A stretch of 64,000 nucleotides of DNA, from assembly GCA_021811315.1 (NCBI GenBank), contig JAJZPF010000005.1, positions 5,543 through 69,542 of the forward strand. Direction: 5' to 3'. The position numbers and the translations under genes are program-made. The notes under the pieces are model-generated. The model saw only the letters and a program-made list of their open reading frames with translations. It was not told the DNA's origin and did no database searches. Of this stretch, positions 30,042-40,170 are shown in pieces. The stretch's first letter is position 1; the number at the start of each line of letters is the position of its first letter. This stretch comes from a bacterium (lineage in GTDB: Bacteria; Elusimicrobiota; Elusimicrobia; Elusimicrobiales; UBA9959).

Positions 30042-30773
30042 ATGCCCAAACTCGCGGTAATTATCCCGTCCTATAATTCAGGAAAGACCATCTCCTCCAC
30101 CCTGACCAGGCTCGCGGCCGCCCTCGCGGTCCTGCCGCAGGCGGCGGTGCTGCTGATCGACGACGGCAGCCGCGATTCCAGCGCCGCGGTTGCCGGAAGC
30201 GAGGCGGAAAAACTCGGCCTGGACCTGCGGGTGCTTACGCATGAAAAGAACCGCGGCTACGGCGCGGCCCAGAAAACCGGCCTGAAAGCCGCGCTTGAAC
30301 TGGGCTGCCGGGCGGCGGTCCTGCTGCATTCGGACGGGCAGTACGCTCCCGAGGAGCTGCCGGCGATGGTGCGCCCCCTGCTGGACGGCTCCGCCGACGT
30401 ATGCGCCGGGTCGAGGCTGCTTTCCGGCCGCGCCCTCCGGCAGGGCATGCCCCTGGCCAGGTACCTGGCTAACCGCTGGCTGACCGCGCTGGAGAACGCC
30501 GTCTTCGGCCTTGATTTCGCGGAATACCACTCCGGGTACATGGCTTACTCCGCCTCAGCGCTGCGCGTCATAAAATTCGAGACCCTCACCGACAAGTTCC
30601 ACTTCGACGGGGAAATGCTGCTTTGCGCAGGGAAACTGGGACTGCGCGTTTCACAGCTGCCGGTCTCCGCCTATTACGGTCCGGGCGCCTCCAGCCTCTC
30701 CCCGCTGCCCTACCTGGCCGAGATCGCCGGCGTTCTGTTCCGGTACCTGCGCCGGGGGTACTTTTTTCAGTGA
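30042..30773 (+). CDS. GT2 glycosyltransferase (polyprenol-phosphate sugar synthase/DPM1-like)
   Basis: IIPSYN, IDDGSRD, NRGYG, HSDGQY, GSR, FDGEML. Confidence 0.9.
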   Translation: MPKLAVIIPSYNSGKTISSTLTRLAAALAVLPQAAVLLIDDGSRDSSAAVAGSEAEKLGLDLRVLTHEKNRGYGAAQKTGLKAALELGCRAAVLLHSDGQYAPEELPAMVRPLLDGSADVCAGSRLLSGRALRQGMPLARYLANRWLTALENAVFGLDFAEYHSGYMAYSASALRVIKFETLTDKFHFDGEMLLCAGKLGLRVSQLPVSAYYGPGASSLSPLPYLAEIAGVLFRYLRRGYFFQ

Positions 30774-32236
30774 CCGCTGCTCCCGGCGAAGATATTTTTG
30801 AGAACGCCGTAGCACCACCGCTCCGGCAGCGGCTTTAAAAAACCGCTCTTAAGCCTGAACCAGGCGAAAGGCCGGTATAAATTGTAAAGAATTCTCAGCG
30901 CCCCCGAGCCCGCCCCGTAGTCGTCCATCTTCCGGTCCAGGAACTTGCTCACGAAACAGGCGCGCTCCAGGAAATCCTTGAGCTGCGGGCTGTTCTCATG
31001 CATGTGCGAGTAATCCCACTCGTATTCCCCCCATTCCTCCAGCTTCTTCGGGAAAAGAACGCCGTCCTTCTCCAGGCCGGAAAAAAGCTCCGTGCCCGGG
31101 TACGGCGAAAAGATGTAGAACTGCGCGATACGGAAGTTGTCTCCCAGCTTCAGTATCTCCATGCCCAGGTCCATCGTAGCGCGTATCTCCTCCCGCGTTT
31201 CGGTGGGCAGCCCCACGATAAAGGAACAGAACACGACTATCTTACGGCCGCTGAACCTGGCCACCTGCCTGCGCGCGAGTTCCAGGCTCCCGCCTTTATT
31301 CATGATGTCGCGGCGTACGCGGTCGACCCCGGACTCCACGCCGATGGTGATCCTGACCACGCCGGACTCCTCAAGGAAGTCCAGGTCGGCGTCCTGCATG
31401 CGCGCCAGCGTCTCTATATCCACGCCCTGCAGCACGCAGCCGAGGCCCATCGCCTTAAGGCCGGCAAGTATGGCCATGGCCCTGCGCTGGTCGATAAAGA
31501 AATTATCGTCCAGCAGGTAGACCAGGGAAAAGTCGTACCGCGCGCGCAGGTCTTTGATCTCTTTCAGCGCCAGCTCCGCGCTTTTCGCCCGCAGCCGCCC
31601 GCGGCTGAAGGTCCGGTTATAGCAATACGCGCAGCGGCACGGGCAGCCGCGGCTGGACTGGTAGAAGAATATTTTCCCGCCTTTGTAGGTCTGGGCGTAC
31701 TTCTCCATGTCCACAAGGTGGTACGGCACCGGCGGCAGCGCTTCCACATCCAGCAGGGAAGCCTGCGGCGGGGCTTCGGCTTTGCCTTCCTTCTTGCGCC
31801 AGACGCCCGGGATGCCGCTGGTGTCCGCGCCTGAGGCCAGCCGGCGCGTCAGCTCCGCCAGGGCGGCTTCCCCCTCGCCTTCCACGACATAATCCGCAAA
31901 TTCATGCGCCACGGTCTGCGCCGGCAGAAGAGAAGCGTGTATGCCGCCCCAGATCAGCGGCGCCGGGGTATGTCTCCTGGCTTCTCCCGCGGCCTCGAGC
32001 GCGTGAAATATCATCTGCCCCGTCATGGCGGTAAGACCTACGGCCACCGTCTCCCCGTCGATAGCGGCGGCCAGCCTGGCGCGCCAGCCGGAGTCCAGGC
32101 GCTGGTCCACCACCCGCACTTCTATTTCGCGGCAGATGACGGAAGCGGCGCAAAGCAGGCCCAGCGGCGGAGTGGGCTTGTCGCGGAACATGTCCATGTC
32201 CCCGATTCCCGGCTGTACCAGGACGAGGTTCTTCAT
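30767..32236 (-). CDS. Cobalamin-binding radical SAM protein (start reassigned to MKNLVL)
   Basis: PPLGLL, WGGIHAS, GEGE, SRGCPCRCAYC, LDDNF, GVESG; start matches paralog MKKNIVL. Confidence 0.9.
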   Translation of the reverse strand: MKNLVLVQPGIGDMDMFRDKPTPPLGLLCAASVICREIEVRVVDQRLDSGWRARLAAAIDGETVAVGLTAMTGQMIFHALEAAGEARRHTPAPLIWGGIHASLLPAQTVAHEFADYVVEGEGEAALAELTRRLASGADTSGIPGVWRKKEGKAEAPPQASLLDVEALPPVPYHLVDMEKYAQTYKGGKIFFYQSSRGCPCRCAYCYNRTFSRGRLRAKSAELALKEIKDLRARYDFSLVYLLDDNFFIDQRRAMAILAGLKAMGLGCVLQGVDIETLARMQDADLDFLEESGVVRITIGVESGVDRVRRDIMNKGGSLELARRQVARFSGRKIVVFCSFIVGLPTETREEIRATMDLGMEILKLGDNFRIAQFYIFSPYPGTELFSGLEKDGVLFPKKLEEWGEYEWDYSHMHENSPQLKDFLERACFVSKFLDRKMDDYGAGSGALRILYNLYRPFAWFRLKSGFLKPLPERWCYGVLKNIFAGSSGH

Positions 32237-32790
32237 ACGCCGCTTCCCCGCGCCGTGAACCCGGCCGGCGCCAGGGAGCCGGGGATTCCGGCCCCGGCGC
32301 CCGCTCCGGCTGACAGGCGCGAAGATCCGCCAAGCCCTCTTTTCTCCGGCCGGACGGCGGCCGCAGTTATTATATTCATTGAATGATCGATCTTCTCGTC
32401 CATCTTCAGCGTCCCTGGTGCCTCCGCCAGGCCGGCCCCGGGCATGGCCGCCCCGGCACGCTCCCGCGGGCCGGGAAAAACGATTTCTTCTCTTCTTCCA
32501 TAAGGCACGACACAATTTTAGCAAATTGCCATTACCGGCTCCGCCCGGGATCACGCGGCATTTCCCGTATACGGCAAACCCGGGAGCGATCATCGCCAGC
32601 CGCCGCCCTGCCCTTAACGCGGCCAAAGGCCGAAGAAAATGTTAAAATAAGCGAAGCCGGCCGGGGCGGGCCCGCGGCAATATTTTCGTCGGGCGGACCC
32701 GGCGGCCAGCGAGGCAAGACGCCTCCACCTGCGCGGCCGCCGGGACACAATCAACCACTAACCAGTATCGAGAGAGAACGAACTTGAGAT

Positions 32791-34632
32791 ATGGATAAAA
32801 ACAGACAGCCCGCTTTTATACGCGCTATCGTACATTTCTTTATTATCGCCGGCTCGTTCCTGTTCCTTTTGTCGATCAGCTGGATGAAATGGGGAGATGG
32901 CCTTATAGACGCCGGCGAGCAGCTGTGGCTTCCTACGCAGATACTTAAAGGCAAGATCTTATATGAGGACTTTTATAGCATAGTCGGATTCTTTCCCGCG
33001 CATTTCCTGGCTTTGATCTATAAAACATTCGGCATCCATATAATTTCATTGGCCGGCTGCGGAATAATTATTACGGTCTTAATGGTCATGCTTCTTTACA
33101 GGATCTCCTCTTTCTTTATGGAGAAGGAGCTGTCGTTGTTGGTAGCCCTGACTTTTCTTTATGTCTTTGCTTTTGGATATTATGTTAATCCCTGCGTTTT
33201 TAATTTCATATTTCCTTATAGCTTCGAGTCCGTATTCTTCATCCTGTTCATATCGCTCGCTCTATTGTTATTTCTAAAGTTCATATTCACCGGGAAGGAA
33301 AGATATTTGCTTTTCTGGAGCATGGCCATGTCCTTCGCCTTTTTTTCCCGGATATTAATGTCCAGCCCTCCATACCTGGTCTTTCTTGTGCTGGGCGGTA
33401 TCTATCTCTGGAAGAATAGAGGCAAAAGGCCATGGCGCCTGGGGCTGTATTTAATTTCCCCTTTATTCATCAGCGTGTCAGGCTATATGTGTTACGTATT
33501 ATTACTGTCCAAAACATATTCACTTTCAGCATTAACACACAGCCTCTCTATTGCTCTCGAATATGCGCTGAGCGAAAATGCGTTCGCCCTGCTTTTGGCG
33601 GGCCTGAATGACACCGCCAGGAACATATCCATGATGTTCGGATCTTTTGCCGCGCATCTTTTAATCATAGCTTTGCTGATCTTAAGCGTCATGAAGATCC
33701 CGTCGTTCTCGATCAGGGAAAAGAAAACATATCTCCCTTTTATTCTTGCGATCGCTGCGATCTCGATTATTTTTATCGTCACACAGGATCAGAGGGTGCT
33801 TTTTACGCAATATATGTGCTTGCCGCCGATCTTAATGATCGGGACGGCGTATTCGATAAAAGGACTTCGCTCTTCCGACTATAAAGAACCGCTGGCTTTA
33901 TTGACGCTATTTCTCATCTCTTTCTCCCTGACCGCAAGGATCTTCTTCCGTACTATTCCTTTCCCGTACGGATTCTACCTGCTGCCCTTAAGCCTGGTCT
34001 GCTATTACATATTCTTTTTCAAGCTTCTGCGCGACTTTCTCCGGATACGCTTTAATGAATATCTGAAGTCCTATTCATTGATCCTGGGGATCTTCTTCGC
34101 AGCTTTAATAATTCCTTACGTAAAAAAATCCTCTTCCATGTACGCCGCTAACAACATAAAGGTGGAAACAGCAAGAGGGACGCTGTTCCTCTCGCAAGAG
34201 GATAAAGCGTCAAGGATCAAAGGGATATTGAAATATTTAAAAGAAAACACGCGGGAAAACGACACCCTGGTCGTCTTTCCCGAAGGCACCGCGCTAAACT
34301 ATTTTTCGCAAAGGGATAATCCCCTGAAACTCTATATCTACACTCCGCCGCCGCTTAGAATGGCGAGAGAGGACAGGCTGATCTCCTGGCTTATTTACTG
34401 CAAGGTGGACTACATTATCATTTTACAAAGGGAGACCGATGAGTATGGTTATGCCCGTTTTGGCATAGATTATGGCAAAGAAATATCAGCATGGATCAAT
34501 GATAAATACAGCGTTGTTGCGCAGTTCGGACCGGCCCCCTTCACCTCTGATGAATTTGGCGCGGTGATCCTTAAAAGGAAGAACGCCGCTGTAAAATCAA
34601 GTAAAAAGAAGCTGCTTGCGTTCAGCCGCTAG
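32791..34632 (+). CDS. Large multi-TM membrane protein, probable GT-C-type transferase
   Basis: WGDGLIDAGE loop after TM1, more than 10 TM helices, soluble C-terminal domain; AT-rich DNA. Confidence 0.65.
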   Translation: MDKNRQPAFIRAIVHFFIIAGSFLFLLSISWMKWGDGLIDAGEQLWLPTQILKGKILYEDFYSIVGFFPAHFLALIYKTFGIHIISLAGCGIIITVLMVMLLYRISSFFMEKELSLLVALTFLYVFAFGYYVNPCVFNFIFPYSFESVFFILFISLALLLFLKFIFTGKERYLLFWSMAMSFAFFSRILMSSPPYLVFLVLGGIYLWKNRGKRPWRLGLYLISPLFISVSGYMCYVLLLSKTYSLSALTHSLSIALEYALSENAFALLLAGLNDTARNISMMFGSFAAHLLIIALLILSVMKIPSFSIREKKTYLPFILAIAAISIIFIVTQDQRVLFTQYMCLPPILMIGTAYSIKGLRSSDYKEPLALLTLFLISFSLTARIFFRTIPFPYGFYLLPLSLVCYYIFFFKLLRDFLRIRFNEYLKSYSLILGIFFAALIIPYVKKSSSMYAANNIKVETARGTLFLSQEDKASRIKGILKYLKENTRENDTLVVFPEGTALNYFSQRDNPLKLYIYTPPPLRMAREDRLISWLIYCKVDYIIILQRETDEYGYARFGIDYGKEISAWINDKYSVVAQFGPAPFTSDEFGAVILKRKNAAVKSSKKKLLAFSR

Positions 34633-34700
34633 TCCCGCGGAAGCCCGTCAGAACTCCCGGTAAAGGGCTTTTTCCGCCGGTTCCCCCGGCCTTCTACGGT

Positions 34701-35618
34701 TCAAGCGCGCTCCGTTCGCGGCGCGGGCGCGGCGGACGGCAGAGCGCCGCGAGAAACCACCGCCGCCAATACCCCCTGTTCCAGCAGCTTATCGACCTGC
34801 GTGTACTTAAAGAACCAGCTTGCCGCCAATAACGGGAACGGGGGCCGCCCGTTGAAAGCTATCTTTATACGCGCGGGGTTCCCAAGAACGCTGTCTTTTA
34901 CGAGTTTTTCCTCGCGTAATCCGGCTTTCTCCAAAAGAAGCCGGAACGTAGCTACGGTGAAAAGAAAAGCGTGATCGGGATTGGTAGGGTACCCGCCCCC
35001 GTACATTTTAAGCGCCACCCGGGCAAACCCCTTTAACCTGAAAAGAGACTCGTTCGGTACTTCAAAGTAGGCCTTACCGCCCGGTCTTAGCAGCAAGGCC
35101 ATGGTCTTTGCGGCTTCCAGCGGGTCGTCCATATGCTCAAGCGTGTCCGTAGCCACTACCACGTCGAACGACCTCTCCGGGAACAAGCCGGCACGCAATT
35201 TTTCAGGGACCAGCCGCCCGGCCAGTTCAGGGAATTGCTCAAGCGCCGCCCTGCGGCACAGCTCCATGGGCTCCAGGCCGGTATAATCCGCCCCGGCCAT
35301 GGTCAGCATGTGCCCCAGGGCGCCGTTGCCAGCGCCCACCTCAAGGACCTTTAACCCGCGGAAGGGGCGGCCCAGCAGCGCCTCCATCTGTAAAACCCGG
35401 GGGCGATTAAGCCGCAAGTGCTGCCGGATATGCCCTGCGTATTGCGCGTAGATCTTTTCTATCAGTTCCCTGTTATGGCGCGCAGGGCTGTCAGGGCCCT
35501 GGAACATCAGGCCGCAGCCCCGGCATTTCCGCACGATCATATCCAGGCGGGAGCAAAGGATGGGGGCGCCGGTTTTTTTGCAAAGCGGGCAAGCCGTTAA
35601 CTTTTCCGTCTTTTTCAT
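34701..35618 (-). CDS. Class I SAM-dependent methyltransferase with N-terminal Zn ribbon
   Basis: CPLC..CRGCG, VLEVGAGNG, FDVV..DTLEH, LRPGG..EVPN. Confidence 0.88.
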   Translation of the reverse strand: MKKTEKLTACPLCKKTGAPILCSRLDMIVRKCRGCGLMFQGPDSPARHNRELIEKIYAQYAGHIRQHLRLNRPRVLQMEALLGRPFRGLKVLEVGAGNGALGHMLTMAGADYTGLEPMELCRRAALEQFPELAGRLVPEKLRAGLFPERSFDVVVATDTLEHMDDPLEAAKTMALLLRPGGKAYFEVPNESLFRLKGFARVALKMYGGGYPTNPDHAFLFTVATFRLLLEKAGLREEKLVKDSVLGNPARIKIAFNGRPPFPLLAASWFFKYTQVDKLLEQGVLAAVVSRGALPSAAPAPRTERA

Positions 35619-35631
35619 AAGAACAGTCGCG

Positions 35632-37191
35632 CTAACGCGGTACCGATGATAGTTTCTCCGCGTTCATTACGAAGACCTCGCCTTCCGGAAGTTTTAAGCT
35701 GAAGTCCGGGTTTGAACGGGCAGCTTCATATAAAGGATAGGGGCCTTCGGCCTTACCTGCGCTCCGGCAGCGCGCCGCGGAGCCGGAATAAAATCGTTCC
35801 TCCACCAGGAAGTGCGTCAGGCCATAGTCACGCGCTATCCGCCCCGCCGCCGCGGCCGAACCGGAACAAAAGGCGCGCAGCATGGCTTCACGCCTGTTTT
35901 TTATCTCCTCGTCGTTGAGGACTACGGTGAAGATATCCATATTATCGCTGTAAAAGACCTTCCTTTTAGCATAGAAAGGCACCCCGGCGTAGACGAGGCT
36001 TTTCGGGTCGCCCGCCAGCAGGGAGCCGGCAGGGAGCCGGCCGATATATTCGTAAAGCCCGCGGAACCGGCTGAAATCCGTTATATTGTTATAGAACGGG
36101 TGCAGCGAAACGAATAACAGCGCGGCAAGCCATGGAAGCGCCTTACTGTTCTTTTCCCCCGACAGCCCCGCCGCGGCCAAGCCGGCCGCCAGGGAAACCG
36201 AGGACGGAAGTATAAAAGACAGCTGCCTGGCGGCGAACAGCGGCTTGAACAGGTAAAGAACGGCGAAGCCGGCCAGGGAGGCGCCCAGGGCCGGCCCTAC
36301 GGCCCTGGCGAGCGCCCCCAGGCCGCGGGGGCCGCTCCGCAGCAATTTCGCCAGTATTATCCCCAGCAAAAGCCCGGTAAAGATCATGTACAAAGATCCA
36401 TGCTCGTTCATGTTGAGAATAAAATTAAAAATTATATCGACCGTATTTTTAGGGTCCAGCGGCGCACCGCTCCATGATAAAAATTTATATTTGTTCGGAT
36501 TCCGGATGAACCCGGAAACCCCCCCGACGCCGGGCAGGATGGTCAGCGCGGCCGAGAGCCCCAAAGCGGAGAAATACGCCCAACCGCGGCCCGCCAGTTC
36601 TTTCCTCCTGAAAAAAGGCAGCGCCAGGGCCAGGATAGCGGTTGAAAAAGCCGGGTACGGGTATGTAACGTAAAAAAGCGGCACAAAAAAAGGGACCAGG
36701 ATGTATTTTTCCGAGCAGAGGACGTAGATCAGCAGCGAATTCAGCAGCGCGCCCAGCGTCCTGTTCTGGCCGAAATAAAAAGAGTCCATGGAAAGGAAAT
36801 ATATGGTATGGAAGGCGGCCAGCAGGAAGGCCGTATCCTTACCCTGCCCCAGGCGCAGGACGGCCCGGTAGATCAGGAAAACCGAGAAAAGCACGGAAAA
36901 GATGGATATTATTTTAGCGGACCACGGCAACCCGGCCAGGGGGAGCAGCGCTTTATACAAGGAGATGAACACGATATCACCGGCCCCCGGGTCCGCCGCC
37001 ATTCCCCTGAAAAGGTCAGCCGCCGGGTCTCCGGGAAAAAGAGCCGGGTCGGTTATCGTGTGCAGGCCGTAGAGGTTGAAAGTGTCTATATAAGTGGAAT
37101 AGCCCGGCGTGAAAGTGAGCCTGTCGGTAAAGAACATGCCGCAAGCCGTCAAGCCCAGGAAAAACAGGCAGTATTTAATTTCTTTTTTCAT
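35632..37191 (-). CDS. Multi-TM membrane protein, possible GT-C-like transferase
   Basis: Acidic loop (DPALFPGD) after TM1, many TM helices, C-terminal YGLTHFLV. Confidence 0.6.
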   Translation of the reverse strand: MKKEIKYCLFFLGLTACGMFFTDRLTFTPGYSTYIDTFNLYGLHTITDPALFPGDPAADLFRGMAADPGAGDIVFISLYKALLPLAGLPWSAKIISIFSVLFSVFLIYRAVLRLGQGKDTAFLLAAFHTIYFLSMDSFYFGQNRTLGALLNSLLIYVLCSEKYILVPFFVPLFYVTYPYPAFSTAILALALPFFRRKELAGRGWAYFSALGLSAALTILPGVGGVSGFIRNPNKYKFLSWSGAPLDPKNTVDIIFNFILNMNEHGSLYMIFTGLLLGIILAKLLRSGPRGLGALARAVGPALGASLAGFAVLYLFKPLFAARQLSFILPSSVSLAAGLAAAGLSGEKNSKALPWLAALLFVSLHPFYNNITDFSRFRGLYEYIGRLPAGSLLAGDPKSLVYAGVPFYAKRKVFYSDNMDIFTVVLNDEEIKNRREAMLRAFCSGSAAAAGRIARDYGLTHFLVEERFYSGSAARCRSAGKAEGPYPLYEAARSNPDFSLKLPEGEVFVMNAEKLSSVPR

Positions 37192-37260
37192 GCGCAGCGG
37201 TAAAGCAATTTTACCATAACGAAGGATTCCCTGGATTTTACCGGATCGGCGCGCCGGCGG

Positions 37261-38745
37261 TCAGGACTGTTTCCGCCATAAGCCCTTTAGCCTTAGCGCC
37301 ATAAAATAGCGGTAGCGGCGGACGAACTGCCCGGTATTGAAATCATGGGCCGGCCGTCTTAAAAGCCGGGTCATTATCCTGAGAATTATATTGCCCGGGA
37401 GGAATTTAAGCAAGGAGGACCTGTTTACGAGGCCTTTCCTCAGTCCGGCCGGGACCAGCGGGAGCAGGAGCAGCAGCGTGAAAAACCCGTTCAGTTCCGG
37501 CTGCGCCGTCCCCGGCCGGCTGATGATGCCCGACGGGCCTTCCCCCTCTTCCACGGCCGCGGCCTCCTGCGGCTTCAAAAGCCCTTCCGACGCCGCTTTC
37601 AGCGTCAATTCCGTTCCGGGATAATATTTTAAAAAGAACACTTCGTTCTGGTCGGGAGTGTGCCCGGCGTAAAATCCGGCCAGGTCCAGCAGGTCCTCCC
37701 TGGTTTCCCCCGGCAGGCCCAGGATAGAATCGCAGACCGTATACACGCCTTCGCGCCTGAGCAGGTCTATAGCCCCGGCTATTTTAGCGTTCCGAGAGGG
37801 CCGCTTGAGCGTTTCAAGGCGGCGGCCTTCGTCGTAGGTCTGGACCCCGAGCTGCACCTTAAAGCACCCGGCGCCTTTGAGAAGCGCGGCGGTCTTCGCG
37901 TCCAGCAGGTCGGGATAGATAAAGCAGGAGAAAGGCAGGCCGATCTCTTTTTTATAGCGCGGGAGAAAGTCTTCCAGCCAGGCAGTGTCCCAGTTGAAGA
38001 CCTCGTCGGCGAAATGGACGAATTCCGGCTTCCATTTTTCCTTGGCGAGGGCCAGTTCCCCCAGCACGTGGGCCGGGCCCCGCTTCCTGGCGTAACCCCG
38101 CCCGCCGTAGAGCCGCGCGTAGATATTGTTGGCGCAGTAGGCGCAGGCGAAAGGACAGCCCCGGGACGCCGAGATAAGATAGCCGCCGCCGAAGAACGGG
38201 TAGCGCGAATAAAAGATATCCTTGTCGGCGAATTCCAGCGAGTCCAGGCGCAGCGGCGGGGCGATCTCGCCTTTTAGAACCGCCCCGTTCTTCTTCGACC
38301 AGATATTCGGGATGGAAACCGGCGACTTCGCGGCCAGAGCGAGCGCCAGGGCCGGCAGGGCGCGGTCGCCCTCGCCCACGCAGACGTAATCCACGCAGTC
38401 CCTGCTGATAACTTTTTCAGGGACGCTGGTGGGATGAATGCCGCCGAAGACCACCGGCACGCCCAGTTCTTTCCTGGCGGCTTCGGCCCAGGCCAGCGCC
38501 CAGCGGTAATTATCGGTAAAGACCGAAAAGCAGAGGAGGTCCGGCTTCTCGGCCTTCAGGCGGGCCAGCGCCGCTTTTTTAAGGTCGAAAAACCGCGCCG
38601 GCCATTTCAGGCGCCAGAAACCGCTTTCGTCGAACAGGCACGGGTCTATGACAAGGCTGGTTTCCACGCCCGCCTTCCTGAGGGCGGCCGACAGCGCCTC
38701 TATCCCAAGGCTTTCATAACCGTTGTGCAGGAACGTGACTTTCAT
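37261..38745 (-). CDS. Cobalamin-binding radical SAM protein, paralog of 12761-14284
   Basis: YESLGIEALSA, DNYRWAL, GGIHPT, SRGCPFACAYC, DEVF. Confidence 0.9.
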   Translation of the reverse strand: MKVTFLHNGYESLGIEALSAALRKAGVETSLVIDPCLFDESGFWRLKWPARFFDLKKAALARLKAEKPDLLCFSVFTDNYRWALAWAEAARKELGVPVVFGGIHPTSVPEKVISRDCVDYVCVGEGDRALPALALALAAKSPVSIPNIWSKKNGAVLKGEIAPPLRLDSLEFADKDIFYSRYPFFGGGYLISASRGCPFACAYCANNIYARLYGGRGYARKRGPAHVLGELALAKEKWKPEFVHFADEVFNWDTAWLEDFLPRYKKEIGLPFSCFIYPDLLDAKTAALLKGAGCFKVQLGVQTYDEGRRLETLKRPSRNAKIAGAIDLLRREGVYTVCDSILGLPGETREDLLDLAGFYAGHTPDQNEVFFLKYYPGTELTLKAASEGLLKPQEAAAVEEGEGPSGIISRPGTAQPELNGFFTLLLLLPLVPAGLRKGLVNRSSLLKFLPGNIILRIMTRLLRRPAHDFNTGQFVRRYRYFMALRLKGLWRKQS

Positions 38746-40067
38746 TTTTTAGCGAGGACCCTGGCGGCCGCCGCCCCGGCGTTGTGGAGGCATTCCTCCA
38801 TGTCGAGGTAGGCGTGGGCGCCGGTCCTGCCGCAAAGCTCCAGGTTCCGGTACCCGGCCAGCGCCGACTTAAGGTCTTCCAGCGGGCCTTCAAAGCCGGA
38901 GTAAAGCAGCGGGTAGGCGTGGGAAAGCCGCACGGCGGTGAACTCGGCGGTCTCGAAGCCGCCGAAGATCTTCATCGCCCTGAGGGAGCGCTCGGTCTCC
39001 CTGAGCAGGTCCTCGTCCTTCATGCGCCAGGTCGAGTCCCCCTCGTCGCAGAACACCTCGAAGGTGATCGGCAGGGCGCCGCCCGGACCGGCCAGGGCGG
39101 GGCTCCAGTTGGAAAGCTCGCAGGCGCGCGAGAAAAAAACCTCTTTCTCCGGGAAATACACCCAGTGGTCCCTGAGCGGCGCCTTGCGCTTCATCGAGGC
39201 GAACAGGACTATCAGCGAGCGGTACTTGATCCCCCGGGCGGAGGACGCCGGCCCGGGATCGTCTTTGAAGAGAGGGGCCAGTTCGGTCAGGGGGATGGTG
39301 GAGATCACCTGCCTGCAGGCGATCCGCCGCTTTTTTCCGTCCTGCTCGAACAGGACCGAGTCTATCTTCCCGCCCCCGGTCCCGAATTCGAGAGGGGCCG
39401 CGCCGGTGAGGAGCGCTCCGGCGGGAAGATTTTTCTGCAGGGCCGAGCAGAGCCCGCCTATGCCGCCGCGGGGGTAGAGGAAATCCAGGGTGTTCTCTTT
39501 CGAAGCGCTTTTTATGGAAAGCATTTCAAGAAAGAGATTTTTAAGGCTCAGCGGGCCGATGCGCCTTTCGGCCCAGACCGAGGAGATGCTCTCGGTAGGC
39601 AGGCCCCACACTTTGAGGGTGTAATCCTTGAAATAAGCGTCATGGATGCCGGAGCCGAAGCGGGAGTGGAGCCAGTCCTTTAAAGAACCTTCCGGCGGTT
39701 TTAAACCCGGCCCGCGCAGGCGCTTGAGCAGGGCCGGGCCCGCGTAGAGCAGGCCGTTCAAAAGCGTGGGCGGGTAACTCAGGAGGCGGCCGCCGACGTA
39801 GTTGCTGCTCCTGCGCCTGAGCCTGAGCAGCGGCTCCGGCTCAAGGAGTTTTTCTACGCGGGCGGCGAGAGCGGCGTCCTCGAAGTAAAGCCGGTGCCCG
39901 CCCAGGTCGAATTTATGCTCTTTATAGGCGACGGTGCGCGCGAGCCCGCCGGCCAGCCGCTCTTTTTCAAGCAGGATGACCCGCTCGCCCGCGGCAGAAA
40001 GGGCTTCGGCGGCCGCCAGGCCGCTCAGGCCCGCGCCAAGTATGACTATATCGGTGTCCAGGTGCAT
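38742..40067 (-). CDS. FAD-dependent oxidoreductase (Glf/PPO-like), related to 15326-16663
   Basis: ILGAGLSGL, DLGGHR, YTLKVWG, FLYPRGG, AYP, GRTG..YLDM. Confidence 0.83.
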   Translation of the reverse strand: MHLDTDIVILGAGLSGLAAAEALSAAGERVILLEKERLAGGLARTVAYKEHKFDLGGHRLYFEDAALAARVEKLLEPEPLLRLRRRSSNYVGGRLLSYPPTLLNGLLYAGPALLKRLRGPGLKPPEGSLKDWLHSRFGSGIHDAYFKDYTLKVWGLPTESISSVWAERRIGPLSLKNLFLEMLSIKSASKENTLDFLYPRGGIGGLCSALQKNLPAGALLTGAAPLEFGTGGGKIDSVLFEQDGKKRRIACRQVISTIPLTELAPLFKDDPGPASSARGIKYRSLIVLFASMKRKAPLRDHWVYFPEKEVFFSRACELSNWSPALAGPGGALPITFEVFCDEGDSTWRMKDEDLLRETERSLRAMKIFGGFETAEFTAVRLSHAYPLLYSGFEGPLEDLKSALAGYRNLELCGRTGAHAYLDMEECLHNAGAAAARVLAKK

Positions 40068-40170
40068 TTTTTCCGTTTTCAGAGGCAGCGACCCACTAAT
40101 TATAGTATTTTAGGGAAGTATAACGCGGGGCTCCATAGGCCCGGGAATTATTATGTTATAATGAAATATT

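Noticed and set aside
32233-32508. Gly/Ala-rich small ORF whose stop overlaps the rSAM start at 32236
   Set aside because: Low-complexity GC-rich spacer containing an AT-rich promoter-like patch; no precursor features
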